Assembly: GCA_030141605.1 (NCBI GenBank)
Contig: JAQGDQ010000241.1
Coordinates: forward strand, 124,001-188,000
Origin: Tubiluchus corallicola
Lineage: Eukaryota > Animalia > Priapulida
DNA: 64,000 nt
Reading direction: 5' to 3'
Each line of letters starts with the position of its first letter. The first letter of the stretch is position 1. The translations under genes and the position numbers were made by a program. Below are positions 61,784-64,000 of this stretch, one piece after another. The notes below the pieces were generated by a model. The model saw only the letters and a program-made list of their open reading frames with translations, was not told where the DNA came from and searched no databases.

Positions 61784-63686
61784 TCAATGTCCATATAAGA
61801 TGCATCTTAGTTTGTCAATTTCACTTCTGAGGAGCGAGACCTCCGTCCTCAGTTGGAGGTTCTCCTGCTCCAAGTAAACCACGCGGCATGCCGTCGCCTG
61901 TTCTTTACCTCTGCGAGCCTCACGTGACCGCTTTGCTGATAAATTGTTCTTCTTCCTCCTCTCCCAGTAACAAGTGTCTTTGAGCTCATCTGGTGTGGGC
62001 GTCGCCTTCTTCTTGGTAGGTGTGCTGTGGGTGGAGGAGGTTGTTGACACTGACACTGGTGCCGGCGACCCTCTTGAATATGACGCAACACTTACGACGG
62101 CAGGCGGTGATGGAAACTGTATTTAAAAAAATTTAAATTTTACATCAAAACAATTTAAGTATAAAATACTTGCTGAAAAGAGTAGATTTACTGTAAAACT
62201 AATTAAGTAAAACACTGCAGATTAAAAACTAGACTCAGAAACTTTATGAAAGAGAAATAATTAAAGGAAAATCCAAGCCTTCTGGGAAGGAAAGTTTACT
62301 TCAATGGTCCCGATAAAATATTAAAAGGATTTAGTATATAAAAGTATGATAAGTGCATCGTGTAATTAGTAAAATCACTCTAAAGTCGCGATTATTTCAC
62401 GCTTTCACGCTTCCATTTTTAAACGCACATTTTTCCATCAATGACGTCGTTCTTTCGTCGACTGAAAAGCAGCATACTGTGAATTTCAGTCAACAGTATA
62501 ATAAATTTTTACAAAAACTTAGATTATGTGATATTTTTACATTAGGCAACTGCTGACTTAGTTAAATTTGTTTATAAAGAGTGCTTACAGAAAGCCACGA
62601 TGCACTACGAAACGTCATGAAGCCACTAGTTACGACATAGCTTTCAAGTGAATGGCAACCGAAAATTTCCATACGACAGTGGTGTTAATTAACTTTATGC
62701 TTTATATACAGTTTCTCGCAAGTTTTTTCTTATATTTTTCTAACTTTAAGTGTTAACAGAAAAATAAACCCAACATGCTAAGTGACTTGTTCTTTCCTTT
62801 AAGTGAAAAACTCTGCTAACTGGGTGATAATCTTATCATGTGAAGATGTCAAACACTTGGATATCATATCAACCACATTTTAAGATATTACGATAAAATA
62901 TTAAAAATATGTGAAATGTACATCAAAATAGAAAGAAAAATAACAATGAGTCTCTAAGTTTATTTCTCTAAAATGTATCACGTAAACCCTTGATACGAAA
63001 GACGTGTGCTGGAAAAATTGAATGAACTATAGCTAGATAATTAAGAATAATTCAGAAATGTTACACTCAACTTTTACAAATTAATTAGTTAATTATAACT
63101 ATTGTTATATAGTTATAAAATAACTATATATTTTAACTATTGTTAGCTAACTTTTAATTGAAATCATAAATCGATCATTTTTCAAGGGTTTCTATTAATT
63201 AAATTATCAGTCATAATATTAACCCAGCATTTTTCTGAAAGATGTTAAATTTCTAGCCACAAATTGTGCAACATGGTAGTGCCACCTATGATTAAACTTT
63301 TCCACTAATTGAAATAGAATAAGCTTTAAATGCAAGGAAAGCACAGGGTACGCGTCTAATTAATTGAGGTTTAAAAAGTAAAAAAAGGTAAATTAAATGA
63401 GCTTTACCTCATGCTTTACCTGGTTAACCTGTGTGCTACGTGGTGGCACTGTAATCGGCGTCATTGATGTTGATGAATGCGTCACCGCCGGATGGTGTAG
63501 TGTCGTCGTGTCCGCATAGTATGAAACACCTGCTAGACTGTGTGAAGAAGGCGGTGGCGGTGGAGGTGGCCCCGGGTGATACTCGGCCATCGTATGAGGG
63601 TGGGGCCAGAATTGAAGCCCAGAGTTTCCAGCGTGATGATAGCCTTTGAAGCCGTTCATTCCAGAAGCGGAATTCATCGCACACAC
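61784..63686 (-). CDS. PAR-family-related bZIP transcription factor (ces-2/giant-like), last two exons; the start may be ATG 63677 or lie upstream
   Basis: Exons 63686-63408 (alternative in-frame donors at 63420 and 63429) and 62116-61784, phase 0. C-terminal PTPDELKDTCYWERRKKNNLSAKRSREARRGKE..LEQENLQLRTEVSLLRSEIDKLRCILY is a PAR-type basic region plus leucine zipper; the N-terminal part is Pro/His/Ser-rich. Confidence 0.88.
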
Positions 63687-64000
63687 CTGTAAGAAAAACA
63701 GAAACCATGACTACCAAATGACAAATACAGTTGTTAACCTTACCGCTTGTTAAAAAAGATCGGATAAAAACTTGTTCAAGTCCAGAAATTGAACGCTTAG
63801 TATTCTGAGTGACATCCAGTTGTGGTACTTAGCAGTAGAGTCGCTCATAGTGATGTACCTGTCTCAAAAGTTACCCACGCTAACTGTAGTCGAAGCATGG
63901 GTAGGAACTTTAGACTCGTCTGTCTGTGTTTGTGTCTGTTCGCACAATGAAATCAAAACAGATGAAGCTATATTTATTAAACCCGATGCGAGTGCAGGTG

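Overview
AT-rich, intron-rich animal (invertebrate-like) genomic DNA, not prokaryotic. From left to right: (1) the last two exons of a GPI-anchor-type FN3-domain cell-surface protein (+, 486-1793). (2) A tandem array of three intact 8-coding-exon paralogues (+, 7836-16697, 23063-28547, 31944-40381) that the ORF track misses almost entirely. Each encodes a ~335-aa single-pass (type II-like) membrane protein whose ectodomain aligns motif by motif with bacterial family-3 periplasmic amino-acid-binding proteins (HisJ/ArgT/GlnH-like). (3) A complete 15-exon leukotriene A4 hydrolase/M1 aminopeptidase gene (+, 45747-59939, 618 aa). (4) The 3' part of a convergent PAR-type bZIP transcription factor (ces-2/giant-like; -, 61784-63686). 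Introns and spacers carry degenerate LINE fragments, several MITEs, a solo-LTR-like element, minisatellites and microsatellites. The main candidate for an undescribed system is the membrane-tethered, intron-bearing, ligand-pocket-diversified cluster of bacterial-type solute-binding proteins. All exon models were assembled by hand from GT/AG sites, reading phase and paralogue comparison. No database searches were run.
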